Shown: positions 52,311-64,000 of the stretch, piece by piece | Layout of the letters: every line of letters starts with the position of its first letter | Position numbering within the stretch: the first letter of the stretch is position 1 | Assembly: GCF_006345805.1 (NCBI RefSeq) | Contig: NC_043010.1 | Coordinates: forward strand, 18,662,001 to 18,726,000 | From: Octopus sinensis | Lineage: Eukaryota | Length of the DNA stretch: 64,000 nt | Direction: 5' to 3' | The notes under the pieces: model-generated | The model's input: the letters and a program-made list of their open reading frames with translations, nothing else | The model's database searches: none | What the model was told of the DNA's origin: nothing | Translations under genes and position numbers: made by a program

Positions 52311-52699
52311 GTGTGTACATAAATAGTTTATGTCCAGTTAAAGGAGGAAAATAGCTGGATATAAAACTATATGCTTAATATTTATTTATTGTTTTAAGGG
52401 AATTTCATTCCGCAACAAGACTAGGGATTGAACCAGTATTTCCTTGCATGCAGCCATCCCTTCACGAGGTTATCATATCCTTGAATTAAATTTATATGTA
52501 TGTTTTCGTAGTCAGTCTCCCTCTTCTCCTCTCCTACTATATCTCCTTCCCATTCGCCCATACATCCATAGCCTTATCAACAGAGATCATATGTGATACT
52601 CCAGCCGTATTACATACTGTTTATATATTATTGGCTGCGATATTTTTTGCTCCATATGTTGTTTCAGTATGTCTGTTATGGAATTGAACCGAAATAAAA

Positions 52700-52900
52700 A
52701 TGTGAAGGACGGGGGCGGGGCGGGGGTCGTTAGGAGGAGAAGGTCGAGGTGGTGGAACAGCCTAGGTTTGTACCGAGTTGACGAGAGGATTATCACGTGG
52801 AGTTGTGCTGGTGTTGGCTGCTGCTGCTGCTGCTACTACCACCACTACTACTGCTGCTGCTGATTGTAAACATCACCCCCACCACCATCGCCATTTTGTC
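52700..52900. promoter_or_regulatory. Intronic promoter/enhancer-like motif cluster
   Basis: Tandem GC boxes 52711-52726, E-box CACGTG 52794-52799, FOX site TTGTAAACA 52864-52872 and YY1 site CGCCATTTTG 52889-52898. Confidence 0.3.
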
Positions 52901-54266
52901 ATCCCTTTCCATTTCTCAACTCTTCCACCGTTGATCAAAACAAAACAATTTGCATATCCAAAAAAAAAAAATGGAAAAATTATACACCCGCATGCTACAC
53001 ACACACAAAACATCATTCACTGTACAAAGAAAGCTTCTGGGTGTTTGCATGACCTGCTAAAAATAGTGACAAATTTTCCTTAAAATGCTATTCTGCTTGT
53101 TGGCTGATCATAGGTTTTCACGATTAGGGCAGACCTGGAGCTAAGCGACAATTTCACATCAGGTACAAACACTAAGTGTATATATTTAGTGTGTGTACAG
53201 GCGTGGGTGTGTGGTAAGAAGCTTGCTTCCCAACCACATAGTTCTGGGTTCAGATCAACTGTGTGGCACTTTGGACTAGTGTCTTCTATAGCTTCAGGCC
53301 GAGTGTATCTGTATTTGTTCCCAACCACTGCTTGACAACTGGTATTGCTTTGTTTACATCCCTGTAACATATGTATCAGGCCTTACAAAAAGAAAAAAAA
53401 AAAGCACTGGGGTCAGTTCTTTAGACTAAAAATTCCCCCAGGCAGTGCTGTAGCATGGCCACTGATATTTTGTCCCAGTGAACTTTTCAACTGCACAGTC
53501 ATGCTTTTATCAATCCTGGAAGAATCATCATCGTTTAACGTCCACTTTCCATGCTAGCATGGGTTGGACGGTTCGACCGGGGTCTGGGAAGCCAGGAGGC
53601 TGCACCAGGCCCAATCTGATCTGGCAGTGTTTCTACAGCTGGATGCCCTTCCTAATGCCAACCACTCCGTGAGTGTAGTGGGTGCTTTTTACGTGCCAGG
53701 CGAGGCTGGCAACGGCCACGGTCAGCTGGTGCTTTTTACGTGTCACCGGCACGGAGGCCAGTCAAGGCAGCACTGGCAACGGTCATGTTCGGGACAGTAC
53801 AAGTGCTATCAGGTTGTGCAGCAACACAGACACTCTCATTGACACACGATGACTGTTCTGATTAGTGGTGAAATGAAGGGGGGGGGGCAGAATATAATGA
53901 AACCAACCAACCTGGCATTGTCGTTTGTGGCATCAGGTAAAAGTCAACTGGCCACAGCAAGTGGATAGTTATTAAAATGTCTGTAACGAGACTAGTAGTG
54001 ACCATGCACGTTCCACTTCATTGCTACAACACACATATTAATTAGTCAATCACCACGAGAGCAAAAGGCCGTGGACCAACCTGAGTGTAACAAGACAGGA
54101 ATAAATATGTGAATCATTCCAAACTGTGACCATTCTACATCTGATTTCACAGCAAGACTAGACCCAGAGAGATGTGATTCAGTAGATATTATCATCATCC
54201 GTTTTCCTATGCTTGCATGGTTTGGATGAGTTGTCCCCAACACAGCATTCTGACATCGTCTTGCAG

Positions 54267-54486
54267 TCTTTTAAAGCTATGACTACGGGTATTCTATCCA
54301 GTGCACACTTTCTTTATTGAAGACAGTAGGAGTGATTCGAGGAAGATTTGGTTGCTATTTCTAGTGGGTCACACAACAATACAGAGGTTTATGGATTTCA
54401 TAGTGTTAAATATAGTCCTGGGTGGAGGGGGATTGTATCAAGACCTTTCAAGAAAATCTTCCCATACTGCTGAGCCCTATCTAGAT
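54267..54486 (+). repeat. 220-bp direct repeat, partner at 57845-58065
   Basis: Roughly 88-90% identical by eye; offset ~3578 bp. Confidence 0.85.
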
Positions 54487-54519
54487 CTTGTTGGTAAGGT
54501 TCAGCTTCAGATCAGCCTT

Positions 54520-54970
54520 ACCAATTCACCCCTTTCTCTTCCATCGAATCCTCCAACATTAATCTCCTAGCATTTCTTCACCCACCTGTCATCTTCCATA
54601 CGGATTATATGTCTCTAGCAGCCTAGTTCTTGCTCATACACTCTGCAGTTGATTCCTCTTTTGGCCAGTTTTCTTCCCACTTCATTTATGCCTCAAAGTT
54701 TGTGCATAGCACACATTCTATGGATCATGCTCACCACACTTTGCCCAGCCTTGAATCAGATGTAGTATGGAAGAGAGAAAACTGTGCTGCTCATGGAATG
54801 CATATGGATGAGAAGAGCTGTGTAAGGAAGTGCCAATGGCTATATGCAGATGGAAGTTTTGGAAATGAAGACCCAAAAATATGTGGAGCTAATTTCAAGA
54901 TGTTGAGCCTCATGGAGATGATAATGGGGGACCAAGCTGATCTGATGATTCGTTGTATTCAAAAAGGTCT
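54520..54970. mobile_element. Two divergent RTE ORF C-terminal fragments (54520-54730 minus; 54760-54970 plus)
   Basis: ..IIRMEDDRWVKKC and ..HMDEKSCVRKC..DG..G..PK motifs. Confidence 0.55.
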
Positions 54971-56094
54971 TTCACAGAGAACATGAAGGTCCTAAAAGCA
55001 GTGCTTATACAGTCATTTGGTCCTCCTGTCCTACCTCAATCTGCCCCTGTCAAGTTGTTCACCTCTCACCCTTATAACATCCATCTTGCCTCACTTCACT
55101 TTCCTTACCAAGGGCACTCTTTAGCTGCTATAATCATAGCAGAAAGTAGAATCTGTCCCCCCCCCCCGTGCTACCATTTACCTCTCCCTATTGCTGGAAC
55201 CTCTTTCTTTAAAAAAAAAAAGAAAACCCTATCTTTCTCAAAATCATCCCCTCCCAACTTCTTTCCCACTAATCACCCCTTTCAGTGCTTCTGGTTATCT
55301 CTCCCTCTTTTCAGATTTACATCTTAGGGTTGCCATATCTTATCTTTAACATCCTCTATCTTCTGCTGACAGCTTCCTCCTACCTTTGCGCCCTACTCAC
55401 TATAGCTACCCCTACATACCTCTAACATGTTTCTCTCGCTGTGTATCTCCCTCTCTCTCTCTCTCTTCCTCTTCCCTATTTTCTGATCTACCTACAACTT
55501 ACTGCTGCTCTCCAATCTTCCTGGCCTGCCTCATATCACCTCTTCCTATTTGAGTCATTCCAATTTCTTTCACCTTCCACCTACAGATACTTAACATCAA
55601 CCACATCTCCAGCCTCCTTCCTCATCCACTATATTCACCTGAACATCCATCTCTAAACCATTTATCACTCTTCTCTCACACTCTAATCAACTCCTCCACC
55701 CACACTTTCCCCGATTCTTTATCCATCTTCTCTCTTATAATTCATGTTGTATCTTGAGGGTATGCTCGGACACACCATCACCACCATCATTGTCTTCCCA
55801 ACTACTTCCACCCACCCCTACATAGTATGAGGTCGCAGGGCAACTGTCTAACTCTCAACACCTTGCATAAAACCACCTCTCTCTCTCTCTTACAATCTTA
55901 CTCGGTCAAGAGTCTTTTTCGTTGCTGTTGTACAAGTTAATCTGTGACCTCACTAGTGCTGGTGTCACATAAATAAGCAAAAGCAGTTGGTCTAAGGAAG
56001 GGCTCCAGCTATAGAAACCATGCCAGAGTAGACATAAGAGCTGACTAAAAGTTTGGTTCTATCAACCCATGCCAGCATGGCAGTCAAACATTAA

Positions 56095-56640
56095 ATAGCT
56101 GGCAGAAGCGTTAGCGCACCGGGCGAAATGCTTAGTGGTATTTCGTCTGCCGTTATGTTCTGAGTTCAAATTCTGCCGAGGTCGACTTTGCCTTTCATCC
56201 TTTTGGAGTCGATTAAATAAGTACCAGTTACGCACTGGGGTCGATATAATCGACTTAATCCGTTTGTCCCCTCTGTGTGTAGCCCCTTGTGGGTAGTAAA
56301 GAAATAGGTATTTTGTTTGCCGCTATGTTCTGAGTTCAAATTCTGTCGAGGTCAACTTTGCCTTTCATCAGGTCGATATAGTAGACTTAATCCGTTTGTC
56401 TGTCCTTGTTTGTCCTCTGCGTGTTTAGCCCCTTGTGGATAGTAAAGAAATAGGTATTTCGTCTGCCCGTTACGTTCTGAGTTCAAATTCCACCGAGGTC
56501 GACTTTGCTTTTCATCCTTTCAGGGTCGATAAATTAAGTACCAGTCACGCACTGGGGTCGATGTAATTGACTGAATCCGTTTGTCTGTCCTTGTTTGTCC
56601 TCTCTGTGTTTAGCCCCTTGTGGGCAATAAAGAAATAGGT
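56095..56640 (+). mobile_element. Family A SINE trimer inserted in an RTE tail
   Basis: Junctions at 56307/56308 and 56453/56454; the middle unit is internally deleted. Confidence 0.85.
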
Positions 56641-57444
56641 ATAAATGATGTATAAAACACACTATATTCATTAGCTATGCACTAATATGCAAATGATATT
56701 TGTCTGACACAATTCTGTTTACATTTTAGTAAAGCAGGCTTTAACTAATTCATTTCAGCATGATGGAAGGGAGTTGTACCGATAGGGAAATCAGTGGCTT
56801 TGATCACCACTTTGACCTTGCTGCAAAGATCCCCGTCGATCTCATTTGACTCTGGTTCACAACTCAGGGATATTATTCAAAATATCTGTGTTTGTATTAA
56901 AACTTGGGACATTTTTTGTTTAAAACTGGCACTCTGTCAGTTTTGACAACGAAGATTCCAGTTGATCCAATCAATGGAACAGCCTGCTCATATAATTAAC
57001 ATGCAAACGGCTGAGCGCACCAGTCACATGAACACTTAAGGTAGTTCTCGAGGAGCTTCAGTGTGACAAGGCTGGCCCCCTGTGAATTACAGGTACAACT
57101 CATTTTTACCAGCTGAGTGGATTGGAGGCAATGTGAAATAAAGTGTCTTGCTCAAGGACACAACATACCTCCACCAAGAATTGAACTCTCTTTACAATCA
57201 TGAGCCAAATACCTTAACCACTCTAGGCCTGGAAATTTTTTGTTTGAGACAAGTGAAGAGAGGGAGAGGTGTTACATGTGACCCTATCTAGAGAAAGTGA
57301 CTGATGACTACAGGACCTAGTTTCTGTGGAAATCTGTGTTTACAAGAAAAGTGTTATGGGGTTTGGACCAACTGATTGGAACAGTGGACTCGGCTAAAAG
57401 CATCCAGGGTTGTGGTGGTGTTCATGGTGTCTTATGCCGACATA

Positions 57445-57665
57445 ATCCTTTCTACTACAGGCACAAGGCCTGAAATTTCTTGGGGAGGGGGGGGGGGGCA
57501 ATCGATTAGATTGACCCCAGTATGCAACTGGTGCCTAATTTATCGACCCTGAAAGGATGAAAGGCAAAGTTGACTTCGGTAGAATTTGAACTCAGAACGT
57601 AGTGACGGCGAAATACTGCTAAGCATTTCGTCCAGTGTGCTAACAATTCTGCCAGCTTGCCACCT
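57445..57665 (-). mobile_element. Family A SINE monomer
   Basis: Reverse-complement head and Meta core; similar decayed copies at 8100-8240, 22900-23020 and 33870-33980. Confidence 0.75.
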
Positions 57666-58703
57666 TCATAATGGTATATCTTGGTACTGCAGGTATTTAT
57701 CCTGTTATGAGTTGATCTATTCATAAATCAATAATCAATATGGTTAGTGATCAACACTTAGATTTCATTGTTGTTCTTTAACCCTAGGTCAACCCCAATC
57801 AAGCTGAACTACAATGAAAAGGGATTCCAGTTGTGACCAACCTATCTTTTTAAGGCTATGACTCCGAGTATTCTATCCAGTGCACACTTTCCTTATTGAA
57901 GACAATAGGAGTGATTCAAGGAAGATTTGGTTGCTATTTCTAGTGGGTCACACAACCATACAAAGGTTTATGGATTTCATAGTGTTAAGTATAGTCCTAG
58001 GTGGAGCGGGATAGTGTCAAGATCTTTCAAGAAAATCTTCCCATACAGCTGAGCCCTATCTAGATTCTGGGTTTGATGTGGCTGAAGTTTGGTTTCAATA
58101 TGTGTAGACAGGGAATTCCAGTGGGATGTAATTTTGAGGAGGCAGGATTGATGAAAATGTGTGTCATGTCTGTGATAGTTTAATGAGAGAGAGATGCTAT
58201 TACTGTATGGAGTGAAGAAATGTTTAATCTATCAAATGGAATATGGTACGAGATGTTGGTGTTGCAATGAAAGTGCTGTATCCTATTCTACCAGCATGAC
58301 TGTTATAAGAGTCATAATCTGTTTTAGGTGTATTTGGCTGTTGTTTAGTTTCAGGTGAGTTCTGAGCAAACTTATAATCACAGGTATTCCATCTCACCTT
58401 TCTCAGGTGTTTATGTAATATCCTGTCTGCTCTTTCTTTAAAAATAGTTGAGAGTGGTTTGAAGATTTGGCTGTTATTTCTACTTGGTTAGTTTGCAATG
58501 TGTGTTATGTTGTGAGATGTGGTTGATGGCAACAGAATCGTTAATCTAGATGTCAGTCAGTGTTGTGACAAGCATTTCCAAAATAGAAAACATTCTGAGG
58601 CCACTCTTCCTTTTCTGAAGAATCCTGTACAAATCTTTAACCCTTTAGCATTTAAATTGGTTATATATTTGGCTCAAGCATTCTGCCTGTTTTAGATTCT
58701 ACA

Positions 58704-59198
58704 GTGTCATATGACATCAGAACAGTATTCAAGAGTAGTACAACACTTTGCAAATATCTTCTTCGGGTAAAACCACCAAGAGAAGAGAATATGACCAAAG
58801 ACTGCGTGCACTCCATCCCATGCAGCTGTGGTAGGTTATACAAAGGCGAAACATGCTGCCCCCTCAAAATACGGGTAGAGGAACATCGCAAAGCTGTGAC
58901 ACGAAGAGATATTGATAAATCGGGTATAGCTGATCATGTATGGAAAAACGGAGACCACTTCCCCTTGTGGGATTAAGTTAAAATAATAGACAGAGAACAC
59001 CACTGGAAAATACAAAAACTAAAAGAAGCAGCACATATGCTAGGACACAACAACCTCCTAAGCAGACCGAGTGCAGATATGAATAGCTTATGGGAACCGG
59101 TATTAAGGAAGGATAGGAAAATATTCTCTCGATTTACCAAATATAACACACGAGGTGCTCTTTTGCTCTGCAGCAAGATTGAACTTAGATCCAAGTGA
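58704..59198 (+). pseudogene. Penelope-like element C-terminus (GIY-YIG endonuclease), 5'-truncated, one internal stop
   Basis: IRTVFKS..L..VKP..KDCVHSIPCSCGRLYKGET..LKIRVEEHRKAV..KSGIADHVW..H..LWD*VKIIDRE..KLKEAAHM..WEPVL; TAA at 58974-58976, frame otherwise open to 59198. Confidence 0.88.
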
Positions 59199-59206
59199 TT
59201 GTAAAG

Positions 59207-59264
59207 GAAACTGCTTAACTACCTGGACATACCTCTGAGTATGCCCAGGTAGTTAAACAGTTTC
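59207..59264. other. 58-nt hairpin, 26-bp stem, 6-nt loop
   Basis: 24 Watson-Crick pairs plus two A.C mismatches on the + strand, which become G-U pairs on the - strand. Confidence 0.9.
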
Positions 59265-60189
59265 AATTATTGATTTTCTTTTTACCCCCCTCCTTTTTTT
59301 TTCCATTCTGGCATGGTTTTGAGGAAGATCCTTGGGGCAGTATTCTTGGGTCAGGTGCCCTTTTTGATGCCAAGCCTTAATTGTTTTTCACGGAATTTTC
59401 CCCCCCCCCATGCCAGCAGACGTTAAATGGCTGCTGGACATTTTATTTATGGTGAAAGGCTTCATTGTAGTTTCCCTCAACCAGTTTCATTAACAAGGCA
59501 TTGGTTAGTTCATGGCTAGATCAGATGCTTACTTTAAGTGCCATACAATGAGATCGAACCTGAAGCCACATGGTTTTGAAGTAACCTCTTTACCTCAGAA
59601 CCATGTCAGTGTATAGATGCATGCATGCACACACACACACACACACTCTACCTGGATAACAATAGTCACTTGCAGGTTATTACCTAAGAAAACACACTAT
59701 TTGATGTTTTATTCCTTACATTCCAAGGTGAACTGGTCACCAAATTGCAGTCAAAGGCCATATACATGCCAACAGGGCAAAAACATGAAGCAAAAAAAAA
59801 AATTCCTATGTTAGTGTAGCTAAGGAGCAATGTTCATGTTTTTTTAGTAATGACCTCTGCTAAAGGCCTCGACAGTTGAGACAGGGCTGAGATCACTGCT
59901 TTATTACACATATATGTGTACCTATGAAGGTTTTATTTGCAGAGTCTGGATGAAGGGGTGGGGGCAGTGTCCATGACCTATGTATATTCCACATCAACAC
60001 CAGCAAAAATGACATAAGGAGAAAAAATTCCAGAGGGACAATATTTTGGGAAAGAAGGAGTGGGTATAATAGATGAAATACTTTGAAAACCTCCTCTTTA
60101 TAAACATAACAATCTCTTGCCAGTCACCTCAATGCCACTCACTACCACTGTATCAACACCACTATATATATATATATATGCGCGCGCGG

Positions 60190-60226
<37 letters not shown>

Positions 60227-60424
60227 CGCGGACACACACGACATTGTCAAGATGGCATCATGGAAACTCAGGTTTCCTGTTCTGTATGCATAAGAAAATA
60301 CTTTAGTTGTGATCTGCCACTGGCTCCTCTATTAAATTAGGGAAGCTCATAGTGCAAAAATCCATCAATATAGCAATTCTCTTGTCAATATCTCCTGCGA
60401 ATTCTAAAAAAAAAAGTTACTTTG

Positions 60425-60460
60425 CTGTGGAGGTCTAGTAAGGCTGAAACGTGTCGGGAG
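60425..60460 (+). other. Decayed minimal hammerhead-like motif
   Basis: CTGTGGA-GGTC(TAGTAA)GGCT-GAAAC-GT-GTC-GGGAG; the core has two substitutions relative to CTGATGA. Confidence 0.4.
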
Positions 60461-61652
60461 TTGTCCATATTTGCCAAGATCAGATAAATTAATTTAGTTA
60501 CTAGGCTAAATTTTCTTCACCGCTTAAATAGATTTTTTTTCCAGTGGTTACATTAAAAATAATGATGTTGTCTTCCCCGTGATGATAAAAAAAAAGAACA
60601 AGAAAAAACCCCTATTCCACCGATAATTAAACAACCAGTCTCTGTATCCCCCCCTCTGCTACCACAACCAGTCTTACTACTACCACGACGACGTCATTCC
60701 TGCTATTCGTCCTGTTACCAATCCTCAGTTTTCTCCGCCACCCTCGTTGTTGTTGTTGTTGCTGCTGCTGCTGCTACATCCCGTCCCTACTACTGCTACT
60801 ACTCCCCCTTTACAAACCTTACCCTGTCATTATCTTCGAAGCAAGTAACGACTCTGTCCACATTTCACTTCCATCCGTCGATCTGACAGATGTTCAAAGC
60901 TCTCTCTCTGCCCTACATCAAACTGGAAAGGTCACAGGGGACATTGCCCTCTTCATAAATAATAATAATTCCAGGTGTCAGCAGTCTTGCTCTCAATAAA
61001 CCATCGTTATGTAAAGCTTCCAGCCCCTAAAAGGAGGAGGAGGAGGACTAATACTCTGCCCAGCCCCCTCCTCTCACTTCATCTTTCTTTTATAAAACGA
61101 AGCATGTTAGAACAAGGGCCTACGTGATGTGGAGATGAGCAAACTTTGCTCTCCCCCTCCTCCAATCACGTCAGTTTTGGGTGTGTGGTTGTTTAATTTA
61201 TGTAAGAATACGTAAACGTATGTCGACTGAGGAGAAACTTATACAGCACGTGGTGATGTTGTTAGTAGTGGTTCACTGCCTTCTAATTACATATTGAGAT
61301 TGGTTCACTGCCTTGTCGCTGCATAATGTGATGCTGTATATGGTGTTCAGCCCCAGGTTTTATCCTTGAGCTAACAAATTTATGATCAAACGCGTTGTAA
61401 CCATCATCCTATAGGGTTTGATTTGGAGTGACATTTGGTTGTTATTTCTTGTAGGTCGAGTAACTTGCCAGTGTGATGGTGGTCCACGACGCAATAAGTT
61501 GCATAGTGTATTGTGCTGTGGAGACCATACTGCCTCCGCTGCTGGGAGTTCAGTTATTGTTACACCGCTGGCTGTTGTGGTGGTGGTGGTGGTGGCCCTC
61601 GGACAGGCAACAATTACAATAATGTCGAGTTGAGGGTAAATGGTTGGTTGCA

Positions 61653-61949
61653 AGGCGCCGAGCTAGCAGAAACGTTAGCACGCAGGGCGAAATGCTTAGC
61701 GGTATTTCGTCTGCCGCTACGTTCTGAGTTCAAATTCCGCCGAGGTCGACTTTGCCTTTCATCCTTTCGGGGTCAATAATTTATGTACCAGTTACGCACT
61801 GGGGTCGATATAATCGACTTAATCCGTGTGTCTGTCCTTGTTTGTCCTCTCTGTATTTACACACTAGGGTCGATGTAATCGACTTAATCCGTTTGTCTGT
61901 CCTTGTTTGTCCCCTCTGTATTTAGTCCCTCGTGGGCAATAAAGAAATA
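61653..61949 (+). mobile_element. Family A SINE with internal duplication
   Basis: Imperfect 18-bp TSD GGTAAATGGTTGGTTGCA (61635-61652) / GGTAAATAGTCGGTTGTA (61950-61967). Confidence 0.8.
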
Positions 61950-62529
61950 GGTAAATAGTCGGTTGTACTATTTCGCTTATAACCACCACCACCACCACCA
62001 TCATCATCATCCTCATTTGTCACGCAACTCATATATGACATCAGTGCTATGAACAAACTTACCAATCAAAATTGCTCTTTTGCATCTCTCTCTCTCTCTC
62101 CACACGTGTTTGTGTGTATGTTTGTTTATTACGTGTGATCGGGAGGAGATGGTTTCTTTTCATACTCTCATCCACCATCACCGCCACGATCTGCTGCTGC
62201 TACCGCTACTACTACCGCTGCTGCTGGTGTTGGTGTTGTTACAGCTTCTGCTAATTATTATTGAAAAATACCACCACGTGTGTGTGACTGTAGTTGTTAA
62301 ATTTATGGGGGTCAAGTGTACCGTATAATATATGCGCACTCGCACGCATCTGAACGCATCTTTTTGTCGTCCGGAGAATCATCACAACGAGTAGCGATGG
62401 AGTGAATCATCAGATTCGAGAATGTGTGTTTGTGTTTGTGTGTAATATTACCATTTCACTAACTCATCTGTTTACAGTGTTGTGACGTGCAGTGAGTGAT
62501 ATTCTGACTGTAGGGTAGTCGTTATATGT

Positions 62530-62750
62530 TTCTTTATTACCCAAAAGGGGCTAAACACAGAGGGGACAAACAAGAACAGACAAATGAATTAAGTCGATTA
62601 CATCGACCCTAGTGCGTAACTGGTACTTAATTTATCGACCCCGAAAGGATGAAAGGCAAAGTCGACCTCGGCGGAACTTGAACTCAGAAAGTAACGGCAG
62701 ACGAAATATGGCTACGCATTTCGCCTGGCGTGCTAACGGTTCTGCCAGGG
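62530..62750 (-). mobile_element. Family A SINE monomer
   Basis: Reverse-complement head and Meta core. Confidence 0.8.
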
Positions 62751-64000
62751 TACTCGTTATAGTATGGTGTTGGTCGAGTTGGCCTTCATTGACAAACCTA
62801 TCTTCAAAAGCATTCCAAGTGTAAACACGTCCACTTTTCAATGCTTGTGTGTCTCTGTGATTTCCGTCTGCCAAACTAACCGTACCTACGTACGTACATA
62901 GAAACCAACAAAAATTCTATGTTGTTGATGTTGAAATTCCAATGAAGGAACCGTGGATCTAGGTTAGAAACCGGTTCTTTCTCTATTGGTAAGAAATCTT
63001 CAAATAAACTGAATGACATCCATTTGTGTGTGTGTGTCTTTGTCATTTGTCAAGCTGGGGCACTGTCTTTAATTGTAGTCGTACTAATCGAGGCCAGTAC
63101 TTACTTTTTAAAACCTGGTGCTTATTCTGTTACTTCTTTTGCCGAACCGCTAGGTGACGGACGTAAACATGCCAACACTGGTTGTCAAATGGTGCGAGTG
63201 GAGAAACACCACACATACACACACAGATATAGATTGCTAGATGCGACGGGCTTCTTTCAGTTTCCGTCTACCAAAGCCATGTGAATGGATTTGGTCGGTA
63301 TGGAGCTTTAGTACAAGACACTTGCCCAAGATACCACGCAATGGGACTGAACTGAAACCCATGTGGTTCGGAAGTAAGCTTATTACCCACACGTATGTAT
63401 GTATACAATCTTGTTTCAGTCATTGGACTGCAGCCATGCTGGAGCAGTCTTGAAGAGTTCAGTTTTAAAAAAATCACCTAGTACTTATTTTCAGTCTGGT
63501 ACCACTTATTCTATCGGATACTTTTGCCAAACCGCTTAGGTAGGGAACGTAAACAAACCAACGCCGGATGTGAAGTGGCGAACACAGAGAAGTTTTGTCT
63601 ACCTAATTCCTTATACAATTTAATAAATAGCAAAACCAAACCTAAAACAAGTTTAACAACGTATCCATTGATTTTTTATATTTTTTTATCTCAGTGAAAA
63701 GTAAAAATATCTTCAGTGAGAATTGAACCACTGAACAGAAGGTTGTTAACCAAATATTCCTGACAGTTTTCGTTGGATGTTTTAGACATTGACACGGAGT
63801 TTTGTAGGAAGGATTGCAGTGTATTAAAGATACTTTGAATGACTCCTCTTTTATCAGCTCCGAGGGGAAAGGAGGGAAGGAATAATAGAATGTGAACTAT
63901 AATCGGGTAAGATTTAGCTACCATTTCTAGCAGATTGCGTGATCATTTGTTCAAGGGAGGTAAGCAAGGTTTTTTTAATGCTGCCCTCTCTACCACTGCA

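Noticed and set aside
43663-64000. Next PDCD4 exon (expected GAGGKGxWG, then MA3 domains)
   Set aside because: Not found by eye in any frame; presumably beyond the window (intron >20 kb).

Overview
Eukaryotic, AT-rich DNA dense in microsatellites and retroposons, most likely from an octopus or other coleoid cephalopod (inferred from repeat content, not searched). Only one host gene is recognisable: the first coding exon of PDCD4 (+ strand, exon 43274-43662, CDS from 43356). It has a probable CCAAT-box promoter and 5'UTR exons at ~34.5-35.3 kb; the remaining exons are not found in the window. The rest is mostly transposon debris: R4/Dong-like, HERO and RTE LINE fragments, a Ty3/gypsy remnant, a Penelope GIY-YIG fragment, MITEs (Merlin-, Tc2-, Tc3-, piggyBac- and hAT-like) and at least five tRNA-headed SINE families. 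The most striking structures are: (1) a tRNA-headed short element whose tail carries a Penelope-type minimal hammerhead ribozyme and which occurs as head-to-head palindromes; (2) Meta-domain SINE concatemers with an invariant internal junction, each inside a single TSD pair; (3) five decayed minimal hammerhead motifs, all mutated at the same CpG; (4) a Merlin-like MITE carrying telomeric repeats; (5) two isolated near-perfect ~57-nt hairpins. Most ORF-track entries are microsatellite or SINE artefacts. Family names come from recalled consensus motifs; repeat boundaries are approximate unless TSDs or TIRs are given.
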